A DNA stretch of 64,000 nt from the human T2T-CHM13v2.0 reference genome, Homo sapiens. The notes beneath the pieces were generated by a model. That model saw only the letters and a program-made list of their open reading frames with translations. It did no database searches and was not told where the DNA came from. This document shows positions 41,540-56,194 of this stretch, in pieces. Position 1 is the first letter of the stretch. Every line of letters starts with the position of its first letter. A program made the position numbers and the translations under genes. The stretch lies in assembly GCF_009914755.1 (NCBI RefSeq), contig NC_060934.1. One strand, 5' to 3'.

Positions 41540-42872
41540 GCTGGACTCTGCAGGGCAGGAGGAGACAGGAAGAGCTATGTGGATAGGATCACAATACATT
41601 TATGCATGGGCTTTTCATAAGTCCTTGACCTAATTCTGGACTCAACATTTGCACAATAATAGCACCTGGGCTATGCTGAGAATAGGTGCTTCAGTGTTGA
41701 GAGCAAAAATAGAGATACTAGAGGTGAATCACTGCTGAGGAATGTTGCTGGCTATACTAGCAAGGGGTTAGTGACATTAGGTAATATCCTGGGAAGCTAC
41801 CTCAAACACCAGAGACACATTGATTTAGAAGTACTAGGCATACCCTAGGGCAAGTTTCTCAGTCTTAGCACTATTGGTATTTTGGCCTAGGTAATTCTTT
41901 GTTGTAGGCTCCTACCCACTAGATGCCAATAGAGCTTTCCCTATTTGTGGCAGCCAAAAATGTCTCCAAACATTGCCAACTCACCTCTGGTTGAGACAAC
42001 TGCTTTGGACTAACACAAAGTCTAAAACCAAGTACAGACAAGATCTGTAAGGGAAACAGAAGTGGGCGATTGAGTCCTGCTGAGAGGGGATTGGGAAATA
42101 CTTTGTGCTTTCCACAAAGCTACAATAAGAAAGCTTAAAATTGATCCTACAAAAGATCTAGGAGATCAGCCAGTAATCGAAGTCCATAATGCAATAAAAT
42201 TAACATTCTTCAGAAGAAAGATAATAGAATCCAGAATCTCTGTACTATGTCATCATAATATTCAGTAGATAAACAAAGAGTACTTAACATGAGAATAAAC
42301 GTGAAAACAACATATTGCTAAAGAAAAAAACTGTCAAAAGAATTCAACCACCAAATGACTCAGATATTGATAAAATAGATATTTTAAAGTAGCTGTTATA
42401 CATAGGGTCAAAAATTATTTACTCTTCTATGCTGCCACATTCAATCAAATTTAGAAGTATCAAAGGAAATTATACAAAATTTGGTCTTAGAGAGTGGAAA
42501 AATAGAAAATTAGAGCAAAGATATAGAAAGTCTCCAATAGAACCTAATAGAAATTATATATGTTAAAAGTTGAATAACTTTTTAAATCACTACTTATAAG
42601 CATACTGATTATGGAGATTGGGAATGGCTGAAGACTTAGTCAACATGAAGACAGGTGAAAAGAAATCAACCCATCTGAAAAAGAGAGGAAATAAAGAAGC
42701 TGCAGGTATCTGGTGACAATATCCAATGATTTAACCTAACTGTATATGAAATACTAGAATAATATAAATATGAGAATGGGAAAAATAATGAACAAGATTT
42801 TTCAAAATCTGATAAAAATTTATTCACTTACTGTCCCAGAATCCTTAGTTAACCAAAATCAGGATAAATTAA
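41540..42872 (+). mobile_element. Old L1M 5' region/ORF1 remnant
   Basis: aatagaatccagaatctc, caaatgactcagatattg, ttttaaagtagctgttata, aaccaaaatcaggataaat are typical of old L1M 5'/ORF1. Left boundary uncertain. Confidence 0.55.
41848..42003 (+). mobile_element. MER20 (hAT-Charlie), internally deleted
   Basis: tttctcagtcttagcactattg...ctacccactagatgcca...aaaaatgtctccaaacattgcca...ggttgagacaactg. Confidence 0.8.
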
Positions 42873-42873
42873 A

Positions 42874-42899
42874 ACACACACACACACACATACACACAC
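42874..42899. repeat. (AC)n microsatellite
   Basis: Read directly. Confidence 0.9.
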
Positions 42900-43639
42900 C
42901 CATATACACAAACTCTCCTAAACATATTACATTATAGAGTAACTAGCAACAAGACCAGTCATACTTTAGAGACTTAGCACTTCATGATAATAAATGTGCT
43001 ATACTTGCTTTGGAGTGTCTGTACTGCATTTCATGTGATAGATAAATGAATATCAATTTTATTTAAATAACTCTTTAAGTAGACAGATCTCCTTATTAGA
43101 GCAGCTGAAACAATCCTTATAAGTATTGGATAGATACAGATATTTAGGAATTAAAACCAGAGTTTTGCAATCGATCATCTGACTGTAGAGAGGAAAGAGG
43201 AATAAGTGAAATATTTTATCTTAAGAAAACTGGAAAGTTGATTATATTAATAAGAATGTGAATCAATTTGGAGGAAAATGATGAAATCTTACTGAAATAT
43301 ATTGAATTTGAGAATCTTAAGGATATTTAGGTGGTGAGGTAGAGTCAACATGGATATAAGCCTATAGTAATAAAATGATTGGCAAAGGTAAACACTGACA
43401 GTTTAGCCTTTGTAAAACTTTAAAATTCTTTACCTAAAAAATTAACCTAATGTGCCTTCCACTTCTTATTGATCAGAATTGACCTTTCAGCTGGCTGAAC
43501 ATATATGGTATGAGTGAATCAATGTGACCAGGGCCCAGGTTTAGTCCAGAATGCCTAAGTGGGTAGATAGAAAGTGACAAGTCTGAGACCCACCAGGTGG
43601 AGATCATTGGGGGACAGTGTGTCCGATATGAACTTTGGG

Positions 43640-44365
<726 letters not shown>

Positions 44366-47300
44366 ATCAGGTAACAAGAAGATGAATAAATGAAAAGTAG
44401 AACACATAGTGGAAAACTTTTAGAAACAAATGTGAAATAAGAAAGTGTGGCTCTGATTTTGGTATAAGACAGTTCTGAATCCAAGACTTGAAAGCATTAA
44501 ATAGTATATAGAAAGGTACTTTATATAAAGTTGTACTCTACGATGCCTAGTGAAGATAGGTGATATATAAATATGTCCAGACATAATGCAATTAGTAAGG
44601 CTGATTTAATGGGTTGAAATTTAATGGGTGAACAATAAAAACTGCCAGTATACAATTTCTTAGATTGTTGATGAAATATCTTTACAATGTGATCATTTTA
44701 GCCTTTATTTTATTTCTATATTTGAAATTTTCTTGCCCATCTTTGGCTGAAAGAACATGTCAACCCATTTCATAAACAAAAAGCAATTAAGCCAAAATTT
44801 TTTTTTAATTACAGAAAAATAAAGACCATAAAACTTAAGGGTACATTTACTGAAAACAAAATCTTGAGAAACAAAAAGGGAATATATATTAAAATTTCAG
44901 AATATCCAGAAAATAATAAAAATAAAACTCTGTGCATGTATGTAGATAAGTGTCTGTTGTATGTGTATATGTGATGTGGATAGGTACATGTAGATAAATA
45001 TTTAATTTTAAACTATATTAATTTTTAGTTAAAAACTAAAATAGAGAATAGTTTAAATAGGTTTGTTATTCAAGAAAAATTAAAATGATACGAATAGTTG
45101 TTTTAGACCACAGAGAAATTATAATTTAAATTTCAATTCAAGTAAATTTTATAATTTTATAATATATTTGTTTCAAGTCATTGTAAACTCTGAAACCAAA
45201 GAATGGCCTCAAATGAATTCTGCAATTTCAGCCCACTCACTTATCTTTTATCATGTTCCAAAATTTATTTGCATGATTTTCACCAGTAGACAGCTTTAAT
45301 GGAAATCAAATAGCTTACTAATAGAATGCTAAGGTCTTTCCACGAGAGTTAAGCCATTGTTGTTGTTCCTTTAATTAGAAAAAAACCTTTCTAAAAATGG
45401 GTTAAATGCAATTGTTATAGATAAACATCTTTTCTGTTGTCTGATTGCATTGGCAACTTGATTAATTTAGTACATCTGTCTTTTATTTTTCCCAGGTTCT
45501 TCTGTGGTATCATGATATTATACACCCTTTTATTTCTCTGCCTAATAATTATCTAATGAGATATATTTAACTAGAGGAAAAAAATTTTTTTTAACTTTCA
45601 AATAATGAACCCAAGGCCCTTGGCAATATATATGTATAAAGAAGTTAGATTTTATTACAAGCCTTATTTACAGATCTAATAATTTTACTTTTCACTCACA
45701 TTAGTCCATATAAAATTATTTATTCATAAACTTGTGTAATTTTTTTTGCTATGAGAAAAATACACTTAGAATAACATTATCTGGAGTTGGAAGGCTGTTT
45801 CACATCAATTGATACAATTGTGTATCCAAGGGAGAAATTTCCCCGCACAGTGTCCGACAAAGGACTGTTCTATTTCTGATTAATTACTTCAGTGAGGGAG
45901 AGAACTGAATAGGTCAAAGAAATCAGTCTTATTGAAAAACTAAAGTATTCAAAAATCAAACCCAATATTTATCTGAAATATTATTTTTATAACTTTCTCC
46001 CACATGTTTGTTTAGAACATACTGTTATGCATTCAAAGACAGCAATTACATGTTTAGAGGCCCATAATATACCACCTAAGGGTTCTTTATTTAGCCTGTT
46101 GTGGTTCTCTCCAATGTTCTCTTCACTACTGTTCAGTTCTCTCTCAGTCAGCTTCATCTTTTTTCTCAGTAAAAGGCAGGAAACAAGCAAGACTGTTAAG
46201 CTGCCATATTGATAGCAACATAAGGCATTTCACAAAAAGGCATTATGAAAATGAGTGTTACTATTTCCTAAGGCGGGGATTCTTCCATGCAGCAATTTCA
46301 TTCAGTGAGATATGTACTAAAACTTAATGACACTGACCTTAGAAGATAAAACATCTTTCAATTACTCAAGAAATTCTCAATAGCACACGTGTTGTGTTTT
46401 TGATAGGCAAACTGTATCTTTCCTCTATTGATTCATTTTTTGTTACTACACAAACAACCGTTAAACTGCTCCCAGGCATTTTCCTAAGTAGTTACTAGTG
46501 AGAAATACTTCTGATTTAATTTTTGTAGATTTTCTACTTATGATATCATTACTGTGAAGAGAGATTCTCACTTCTGGGGCATCTTTGAGTGGATTTGGTT
46601 TTAGCTGGAGCATCAGCTTCATATGATTGAGCTCTTAGCCATGATCTCAGCTCACTTTACTCTTCTGGCTGTGGTTCACAGTCCTGTCTTTCAAATTAGG
46701 TCTGTTTTTCTCTATTCCTTCTGTACTGAAACATACACTTTCTAGTATATGCCCTAATATTATTTCGTATTAACTATACATATCACACAAAATAGCCCAT
46801 AAACACCATGTGTTTTTCTCTAAAAATATATTTTATCAAATACATTATCTATTTTTATAACTAAAACTATAATTTTCTATATTTCAACACAATGAATTAC
46901 CTCCTGATCTGTACTACTCATTCACTCCTCACTGATAAGATTTGGATTCAGATTCCCCTTCTTCCGCTGATGAACTGTGTAAACTTGGAGAAAACAATTT
47001 ATCTTACCTGTAAAGTGTTGAGGTACATATGAGGTATATATTGAATAGATTGTAGGTATTATTTATTTGTTTTTATCAATCCAGTTTTCTCTTTTTCTTT
47101 GTCTTACTCATCAATTGAATCTTCACAAGTCATATATATTAATAAGTCATATATATAAATATATATTTTTTAAAAATATAATTATTTCTTTTTTCCTATG
47201 CTGTCTTTTTTTGGTAATTTGGAATTTATTTCAGCCAATTATACAGTCATTTTCTGTACAATTATTTTTTAACAGAAGTAATTATTCTCAGTTTTGAATT

Positions 47301-47409
47301 ATCCACAAGTTTCATAGGCATGCCTTTGATGTCTTTAACTAAATCAACTAAAGAATTGTTAACACCTCAGGGCTCTTGACAAAATGTTATATCTTCACTC
47401 TTAGCTCAA

Positions 47410-47640
47410 TACTCTCCCAATGCCCCTAAGATAACATTAGGTGTCCGTTATATATGCTCCCAGTGCAGCTTTTAGCTGCCCCTTAGTCACATTTTTTAAT
47501 TGTAATTGATGGCTTGCTTGTCCATTTCTTTAAAAAGTTAAAAAATGAATCGAGAAAGGGACCCTTGTTCACCATCACCACCTCTGAGTCTAGCAGGCAT
47601 GCAAATGACATTCAATACAGAGTTGTTGAATGGATGCATC
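47410..47640 (+). mobile_element. L2 3' fragment
   Basis: cttgttcaccatcacc...tctagcaggcatgc...ttcaatacagagttgttgaatggatg. Confidence 0.6.
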
Positions 47641-48393
47641 AGTTGACATTTTCTACTTCTATTGCCTTTGTCCCAGGGTGGTACTAATCTACAAATGAAC
47701 ACAATTTTTCAGTCAGTTATACCAAGTTGAGATATGGTAGACTAGTAAGACTGATGCTCTTATCTCACAAAATATTAGAATGAATAATTGAATGAACAAT
47801 GTCTAAAAATGTAGCAAACGAATTGCATGGATTGTTAATTTGATCAACATCAATGCTTTTGTTGTATAGGAAATATAACTATGGCATATTTAATTATTAC
47901 TATATAATTCATGGAAAGAGGCCAATATAGTCATGTATATATGTAGAATAACTTATAGACTTAATATCTACCATAGATGAATAGTTTGACTTTTAAATAA
48001 AAGATAATATATGGATTTATGCTAAGGCAAGGTCTCCAGGAGGTATTGAATATAGTAGTCAGCTAGGGATGGGATTGTGTCAGAAAATGACAGAAAGCCC
48101 TAGTTGGCATGATTTGCTATTCCCTAAGCCAACTGAAGAAAGCCCTCCCAGGGTTATGTGGGAAATGATAAATTTGTTTTCCTTTCATCCCTGCAGCAGC
48201 AGCGGGAATATTTTTCTGGCCTATGTCTCCCAGGATTATGAACCCTATAAAAATAAAAGAGAGCCTCAGGTATCCTGTGTAAATTGCTTATTATATGGTA
48301 CATACATTCTCATTGTAAAAAGCTAAAATCAGTGGGTAAAATATTTTGATACATAAGTATACATTTCATTTCAGGCATTTAAAAAGAACTTGT

Positions 48394-48698
48394 GGCTGGG
48401 CGCAGTGGCTCACGCCTGTAATCCCAGCACTTTGGGAGGCTGAGGGGGTGGATCATCTGAGGTCAGGAGTTCGAAACCAACCTGGCCAACATGGTGAAAC
48501 TCCATCTCTACTAAAAACACAAAAATTAGCTGAGCGTGGTGGTGGGCACCTGTAATCTCAGCTGCTCAGGAGGCTAAGGCAGAAGAATTGCTTGAACCTA
48601 GGAGATGGAGGTTGCAGTGAGCCAAGATTGCGCCATTGCACTCCAGCCTGGGCTACAGAGCAAGACGCCATCTCAAAAAGAAAGAAAAAAAAAAAAAA
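48394..48698 (+). mobile_element. Alu (AluSx/Sq-like)
   Basis: Full dimeric Alu with A tail. Confidence 0.96.
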
Positions 48699-48809
48699 GC
48701 ATACCTTCATTTGCATTTGCCATGTCATTGTGATATCTGGTTAGGAATTATTGGTTTCTCCAAAAATGTGTCTTCAGTATAAGCATGAGCACAAAGACCT
48801 CATGGGCTG

Positions 48810-49405
48810 TGTGTAAGACAGTTTAAAATGATCCACACAATGTAGTGCCCCTCTTCTCCAGTGTCCACACCCTGCATAATCTCCAAGACTATAAAGTTAA
48901 TGAATTTTGCTTCCATGTTAGTTTATTTTGTATGGCGTAATTGACTTTAAGAAAGGGAGGACCTCTAGGTGAGGAAAACCTAATCCCCAAGAGCTCCTTA
49001 AAATAATTTACTCTAGCTGGTAGCCGAAAATGTCGGAGACTATTCAAAATTCAAAAAGTGAGAAGGACTAAATGTGTTTTGCTGACTTGAAGATGAAACG
49101 GTTCACATGGAAAGGACCTGCAAATGGACTGTAAGAACTGAGAGAAATGGCCAACCCATAACCAGCAAGAAAATCCTGATCACAAGGAACTAGATTGTGC
49201 CTAAAGTATGAATGAGATTGGAAACAGAGTTCTTTCCACAGCCTCCAGGAAAGAATTCCGTATTGGTTTCAGCTTTGTGACACCCTGTTTGGAGAACCTA
49301 GTCCTGCCATGCCAGGTTTCTAATCTACTGAAACTATGAGATAATTAATTTGTGTCGTTTTAAGTCACTGAGTTTGTGGTAATGCAGCAATAAAAAACGA
49401 ATACA
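48810..49405 (+). mobile_element. MLT1E-like MaLR solo LTR
   Basis: tg...ataca termini, ttgctgacttgaagatg, ttttaagtcactgagtttgtggtaa; perfect 5-bp TSD ggctg (48805-48809, 49406-49410). Confidence 0.85.
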
Positions 49406-51804
49406 GGCTGGATCAGGAGATATTTGGATCTTAAGAATAAAGGTTTTCATTAAGGTTAGTCAATGAATTGTGGGCATTATTATTTTTGACAAGAATTTAG
49501 ACACACATACATTGTTAGGTGTTGTTTCTCTCTGAATTAAAAAAGGTTTTCAAAATGTTAATCATTGCCACAGTGGAGGTTGCTTTAAGGCATCTTTACA
49601 AACTGTTTTGATGGATTCTAAGAATCTGCATTTCATTCATTTATTTGTGTCCTGCTATTAAAATCCTTAAAAGCATCTAGAAGATGAGCAAATCATAAAT
49701 GCAAACAATGCTTAAGTGTTTCTGGTGTGTTACCAGAAGAATCTATAATACTTTTGCAGTAGCCATACATCCTCGGTGAAAAGATTGAAAAACTTTGATC
49801 AACTTTTGAAGTAGTGAGAGAAAATAAAGTTCTTACTTGGTACTGAAGGTCTTTTTTTCTCATCTTCCCAGACACCAAGATGCTAGGAGGCTTCCATGTG
49901 TGCCTTCATTTTTTATTTGCTTTTTCAGACACTAGAGGAATGTATTGCTTCCTCCCTCTGACTGATTCCCCTGGCAAGCCTCTACCTCACTTGAAACTCT
50001 ATTCCATTTCTTCTTTTGTCTCTTTCTTTAATGCTACCCTCATGCGGCAGCAATGAGCAGGATAAGTTCCATTCCTCTCTCTTGTGTCATACAGAGTTCC
50101 ACTTGGGTTCATGTATGAAAAAGTTAAAAATATAGACAGTTCTCACATCTATTCCTTTTAGCTGAAAGACAAGAGATTTGAATTGTAATATTTCCTTTTG
50201 CAATACTGCTTCAGAGAGAGCATCTTTTTATAAACTCTAGTCCTGAACAAAGGAAATTAGTTTATAGCATTGGCTTTGCCATTAGCTGGATAGTTTTGGT
50301 AAGTCATGTGTAATCTCTGGCCCCTTACAGCCTATATTTTTGTTAGTTTCTTACTCTTCTAGTCTTTGGTGAAAATAAAAATGGTCTTTTGCTAGTTAGA
50401 ATAACTAGGTTTTTCATAATTTGAAATTCCCAGGCAGCAGAGTCTGAGATAGAGATTAGCTGGACTATGGAAGAGTCATTTAAGAACAAAGGTAAATATA
50501 TAACAATCAGGTGTTTGTTTGATGTGAATCTTAATTGAGTAGGTCTTTGACAGGAGATGTTATAATTAATTTAAATGTTCTACCTTATTGGAAAGCAGTA
50601 AGGACTCATTACTGTTTCATTCTCATTCACTCCAGTGCATTTAAATAGACTTTCTTGCTCTTCAAGTTCAGTAGGCCCATGTAAAAAGGAGTACACTAAA
50701 TAAAATTAATATATAAACACAATTGCAAAGAGACAAAACCAAAAGGACTTTATCTGTACAAAAGATTCATAGAACTTGTAAGAAGAGTTTTTAAGTATGT
50801 GTCATATCACAGCCATATGAAAATACAACACAAAATAAATTCTCTGATAATTTAATGAGATATCTTAATTATTTAAAAATTTGCAAATATTTAATGTAAA
50901 AACAAGCACTTGCATAAGCATAGACACTTTGGCTAATTTTGAATTAACCAAAATCAACATTGTTGGAGAAATTGAATATGAAACAACATTGCTTAGAGAG
51001 AGGTAGAAAAATACATAAGAGATTTGAAGATAAATCATGAGAAAGAACAGAAGGAAAAAAGAAGAGAAATGAAAGGATGCAGCTAATAATAAAAAATTAT
51101 CTTGGGTCCCTAAATTTCCAGCTTCCAATGCTCTTGTTTACCAAAAGACCTGACTTTATTATCTACCTCTTGAATTCACTGAGATTTTCTCATCACATCA
51201 GTAGCTTTTCTCCCTGACTTGGGTATATATCTCTACATTGCAAGAAAGAGCAAAAGAGCAGTTTTATCCACTTCAAAGTGTTGTTTAAAGATCACACGAA
51301 ACATTGTTTATACAAAAAATGTGAAAGGTTTAGTGGTATGTGAAATAAAATAATGTATTAAAATGAGAACATTCCTTTTGAGTGCCTTTGAGTTCTACTA
51401 ACCATTAAATAAAATACCTCTCCACTGCTAGTAAAGAGAATATTTTGAGAATGGCTGAGTCTGAGTTTGGGTTATCCTTCATCTTATCCTTAGAACTATT
51501 TCTCTATAGTTTATAACATGGAGCAGTGTTTGAGGTTGTCAGATAACTCATATGTTTCTATATGGTCTCTAAAATAATCTTTCTCGTGGCCTCTTTGACT
51601 TTTGCCAAAATAACCTGCATGGCCATATAAACCTGTGTAAGTGATCATCATTATCACAGAGACAAGAGTGTTGCACTTGATCCCAGAGAGTAAAAGAGGT
51701 TACTGAAATATATTTGTAGGTGTACTTTTATATAGTAAGAATAAGCATCTGCAAGGGGAAGGTAAACATTAACCTCATTAAACTTCTAGGGCCTAGAGAA
51801 TGGT

Positions 51805-52200
51805 TCACTCAGTTAATCGAACAGTAACTGTTGAGGGTAAATTTTGTTTATCCTACCAGACAGTATTGACTGAACATGACAGATAAGATTCTTACTCTTG
51901 TTATGCTTGCATTCTCTTGGAGGTGGCAGACAATGAATAAGGTTAAGAGCTGAGACGAAAACAGATCAAGTGCGTGAGCTAATAATGGGTAGATGCTGTG
52001 ATTCAGAATATTAGTCAGACCAAAAAGGAATGATTTTTCTAAATAGGGTAATAAGAGATGACCCACTGAGAAAGAGATAGTGGAGATGAGATATAAAAGG
52101 TGAAAAAGAGCAACCACATGAAGGTCTTCTGAGAGCATTTAAGTCAGAGAAGAGCAAGTACAAAAAATTGAGGAGAGAAGATTAGCATATTTGAAGATAA
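51805..52200 (-). mobile_element. L2 fragment
   Basis: tgaacatgacagataagattcttactctt...gcttgcattct...ggcagacaat; cagagaagagcaagtacaaa. Confidence 0.65.
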
Positions 52201-52743
52201 AAAATTAAAGTTGGAATATATTTTTCTCCTGGAGATGTGGGTTGAACATGGCTTCAAATATGGGGAAAAAACAAATCTTTAACTGGAAAGGACAAATCCA
52301 GCTGATAGTTGAATAAAATTTATAGTTTCAGTAGCGATTTTGACTTCTCAAGATTTCTGTTATATGGAAATACTTGCCCAAGTACCTCTTAATGCATTTC
52401 ACTTTTGTTGTGCTTTTGCTGAGGCATATTAATTTGCAGTACTGTTGTAAATTGTGTCATACTGATAAGAATCAGTCATATATTTCTTTATTCTTAATTG
52501 ACTCTGCCACTTGCCATGGGTGGGATCTTCTGACTATATATAATCTCAGTTTTGAATTTGTCACACAATACATTTTAAATTAGCAAATAGAAGCAATAAA
52601 ACATTACAATGGTAATGTCCTAATGGTCATTTCAAAATCTTATTAAATGTGACTATGTTTGTGTGTTTATGAGAAAAAAATTCCCTCCAACATAAAAATT
52701 GTCCTTTATTAGATTCTAACTTTAAGTATGTGTATTATTTTTT

Positions 52744-54468
52744 GAAATATATAAGAATACAGCTAACCAAGGATGTGAAAGATTTCTACAAGAACTATAA
52801 AACACTGCTGAAAGAAATCATAAACTACACAAATAAATAAAAAAATTTCATGCTCATGAATTGGAGGGATCAATATTGTTAAAATGTCCATACTGCCTGA
52901 AAGCAATTTACATATTCAGTGCTATTTCTATCAAACTACCAATGCCATTTTTCCATAATTAGAAAATTTCATATGAAACCATAGAAGTGCCTGAATAGCC
53001 AAAGCAATCCTAAGCAAAAAGAACAAATCTGTAGGCGTCACACTGCCCAACTTCAAACTATACTATACTGTAGTACTACAGTAACCAAGACATGGTACTG
53101 GTACAAAATGATACACAAGGACCAATGGAAAACAATAGAGAAATCAGAAGTAAAGTCACATGCCCCCAGCTACAGATCTTCAACACCACCAATAAAAATA
53201 AGCAATTAGGAAAGAAGATGGTAAATGGTACTGGGATAACTGGCTAGCCATATGCAGAAGAATAAAACTGGACTCCTGCATTTCACAATATGCAAAAACT
53301 AACTCAAGTTGGATTAAATGTAAGACTTAAATGTAAGACCTCAAACTATAAAAATCCTAGGAAAAAAACAAGGAAATACCGTTCTTAATATCAGCCTTGG
53401 CAAATAGTTTATGGCTAAGTCCCTAAAAGCAATTGTAAAAACAACAAAAAAAATGGACAAGTGGGACCTAATTAAGCTAAAGAGCTTCTGCACAGCAAAA
53501 GAAACTACTAACAGAGTATACAAACAACCTACAGAATGGGGGAGAAAATATTTGCAAAGTATGCACCTGACAAAGGCCTAATATTGAAAATCTATAAGGA
53601 GCTTAAATCAATAAGCAAAAATCAAATAACTCCATTAATAGGCAAAAAACATAAGCAGACACTTCTCAAAAGAAGACATACAAGTGGCCAAACATATTAA
53701 AAAATGCTCATCATCACTAATCATCAGAGAAATGCAAATCAAAACTTCAATGAGATACCGTCTCACATCAGTCAAAATGGCTATGTATTAAAAAGCAAAA
53801 AAATAACAGATACTGATGAGGGTGCAGAGAAAAGGGAATGCTTACACACTCTTCATGGGAAGGAAAATTAGTTCAGCCACTGTGAAAGCAGTTTGGAGAG
53901 TTCTCAAATAACTTAAAACAGAGCTACCATTCAACCCAGAAATTCCACTACTGGGTATATATCCTAATAAAAATAAATTATTCTACCAAAAAAACACATG
54001 CACTTGAATGTTCATCGTTATGGTATTCACAATAGCAAAAACATGGAACCAACATTGGTACTCATCAGTGGTGGACTGGATAAAAAAATGTGGTACATAT
54101 ATACCATAGAATAGTAAACAGCTATAAAAACAATGAAATCATGTCTTTTGCAGCAACATGGATGGAGCTGGAGGCCATAATCCTAAGCCAACTAACACAG
54201 GAATGGAAAACCAAAAACCACCTGTTCTCACTTAAAAGTGGGAGCTAAACATCGAGTACACATGGACATAAAGATGGGAAAAATAGGCAATGGAAACTAC
54301 TAGATGGGGGAGAAAGGAGAGGAGCATAGGTTGAAAAACTGCCTCTTGGTACCATGTTCACTACCTAGGTAATGGGATCCATACCTCAAACCTCAGCAGC
54401 TTGCAATACACTCATGTAACAAATGTGTCTTTGTACCACCTAATTCTAAAATAAAAGTTGAAGAAAAA
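52744..54468 (+). mobile_element. 5'-truncated L1 (L1PB4/L1PA16-like), 3' 1.7 kb
   Basis: ORF2 3' part and 3' UTR ending ctaaaataaaagttgaag; TSD atgtgtattatttt / atgtatattatttt (13/14). Confidence 0.93.
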
Positions 54469-55242
54469 ATGTATATTATTTTAAAGCTTAGATTTTACTG
54501 TCATCCTGTCTCCAGCAGAAAATAAAATGCTTCTCTAGACAAACATAGCCACAACTCCAAAAGGAAAAAAAAAAATATGTCAATGGAAGGTTTTGTGGTT
54601 TGTTTTTTTGTTTTCCCCTGAAGGCTTACAGAGTATGATAGGAAACACTTCTTTGCAAGCATCATTGTTCTTTTCGTTTGGTCAGCAATTACTTTATCTA
54701 CTTTGGAGTTGAAAAGGCATGAATTTTACACACATGCAAATACAGACACATACACGTGTTAATATTGGTATTTGGCATACAGAATCTCCATCAAGTTTGT
54801 GGGTAATTATAATTAAGCAGATAGTCATCCACAACATTTATAATGTTTACATTTTATTTATTAAATTGAACTATAAAATTTCATAATAAAACATAGGCAC
54901 AAAACTGTAAAACTGAGAGTAAACTATTAGCCCTTTTTTAATGAGCCCATTAAAGTTAATGTGTATACATAGAAAATATAACTATCAAATTGTCTACAGA
55001 TCTTTCTTTGCCATAAATATTTTTTAAGACTGCCTGTATATTTCTAGGTAGATCTGGCAGCAGATGGAGTCAACCATTTCAAGTTTGTAATTATTCAGAA
55101 ACAGCATAATTGGACGGGTGCAGGGTAATAATAGCGCAATGCCATCTATAACTCAGGAAGCCTTGAGCTGGGTACTAGGATTCAGAAACAAGTGGGGAAT
55201 TTAGAAATTTAAGTAGGTAAAATCAAGAATGAGACTTAAATA

Positions 55243-55970
55243 GAGTTATTCCCTCTTAAGTGCAGGAGATATATTCTAAGACCCCCCCCCAGTGGAAGCC
55301 TGAAACTTGCAGAAAGTACTAAACTCTCTCTATATATATATTACGGTTTTTCCTCTACATACATCCCTATGATATACTTTATAAAGTATGCTCAGTATGA
55401 GATGAGCAACAACTATTGATAAAATAGAACAGTTATAACAATACATTATAATAAGTTAAGTGAATGTGGCTTCTCTCAAAATATCTTACTGTACACACCC
55501 TTCTTGTGATGGTGTGAGATAATTGCCTACTGATGACATGAAGTGAAATAAATGATATTGGCATGGTAATGTAGCTTTAGGCTATTGATGATTCTAACTA
55601 TGGTGAGAATGAATATCATATGCTTTGGAAAATCCTGGGTCATCGAGCGCTGATGCCAATGGTTGGATGTCATGAGCAGACAATGTGATGTCTAATGTGC
55701 TGGTAGCAAATCGTGTCAACCATTTCAAGTCCATGATTATTCAGAAACAATTGGTAGCATAGACATCATGGATACACTGGACAAAGGGGTGATTCATGTC
55801 TCAGGCAAAGTGTGACATCATGAGATTTCATCATACTCCTCAGAATTGTATGCAACTTAAAATCTATTAATTGTTTATTTCTGGATTTTTCTATTTAATA
55901 ACTGAACTGTGGTTGACTGCGGGTAACTGAAACCATGAAAAGAGAAATCTTGAATAAGAGAGGACTACTG
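55243..55970. mobile_element. MER44 (MER44C-like) Tigger-derived DNA transposon
   Basis: aagacccc..cagtggaagcctgaaac at left; gttgactgcgggtaactgaaacc...ataagagaggactactg followed by TA at right. Confidence 0.85.
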
Positions 55971-56194
55971 TATCATTTCTTATGCATTCTTACATCCTTT
56001 GAGACTCTCCTAAGCTTGCTAATATTTGCTGCTTTTTGATAGTCTCTTTCTCATGGATTTCCAAATGAATGAAAAATTTTAAAAAACCATTATTATTACT
56101 ATTTTATTGAATAAATTGTAATTGCTGTGTTTTTGCCTGCGTGATTAGACTACATCTTAATACCTTAAATTTTTTTTATTGTAAATTATGACAC

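Noticed and set aside
45987-46190. Minus ORF with a protein-like stretch KKMKLTERELNSSEENIGENH
   Set aside because: Short, not recognised as any known protein, no convincing splice sites; composition follows from a CT-rich plus strand.
53323-53340. Small tandem duplications (ttaaatgtaagac here; also near 18480, 44605 and 63836)
   Set aside because: Ordinary slippage events.
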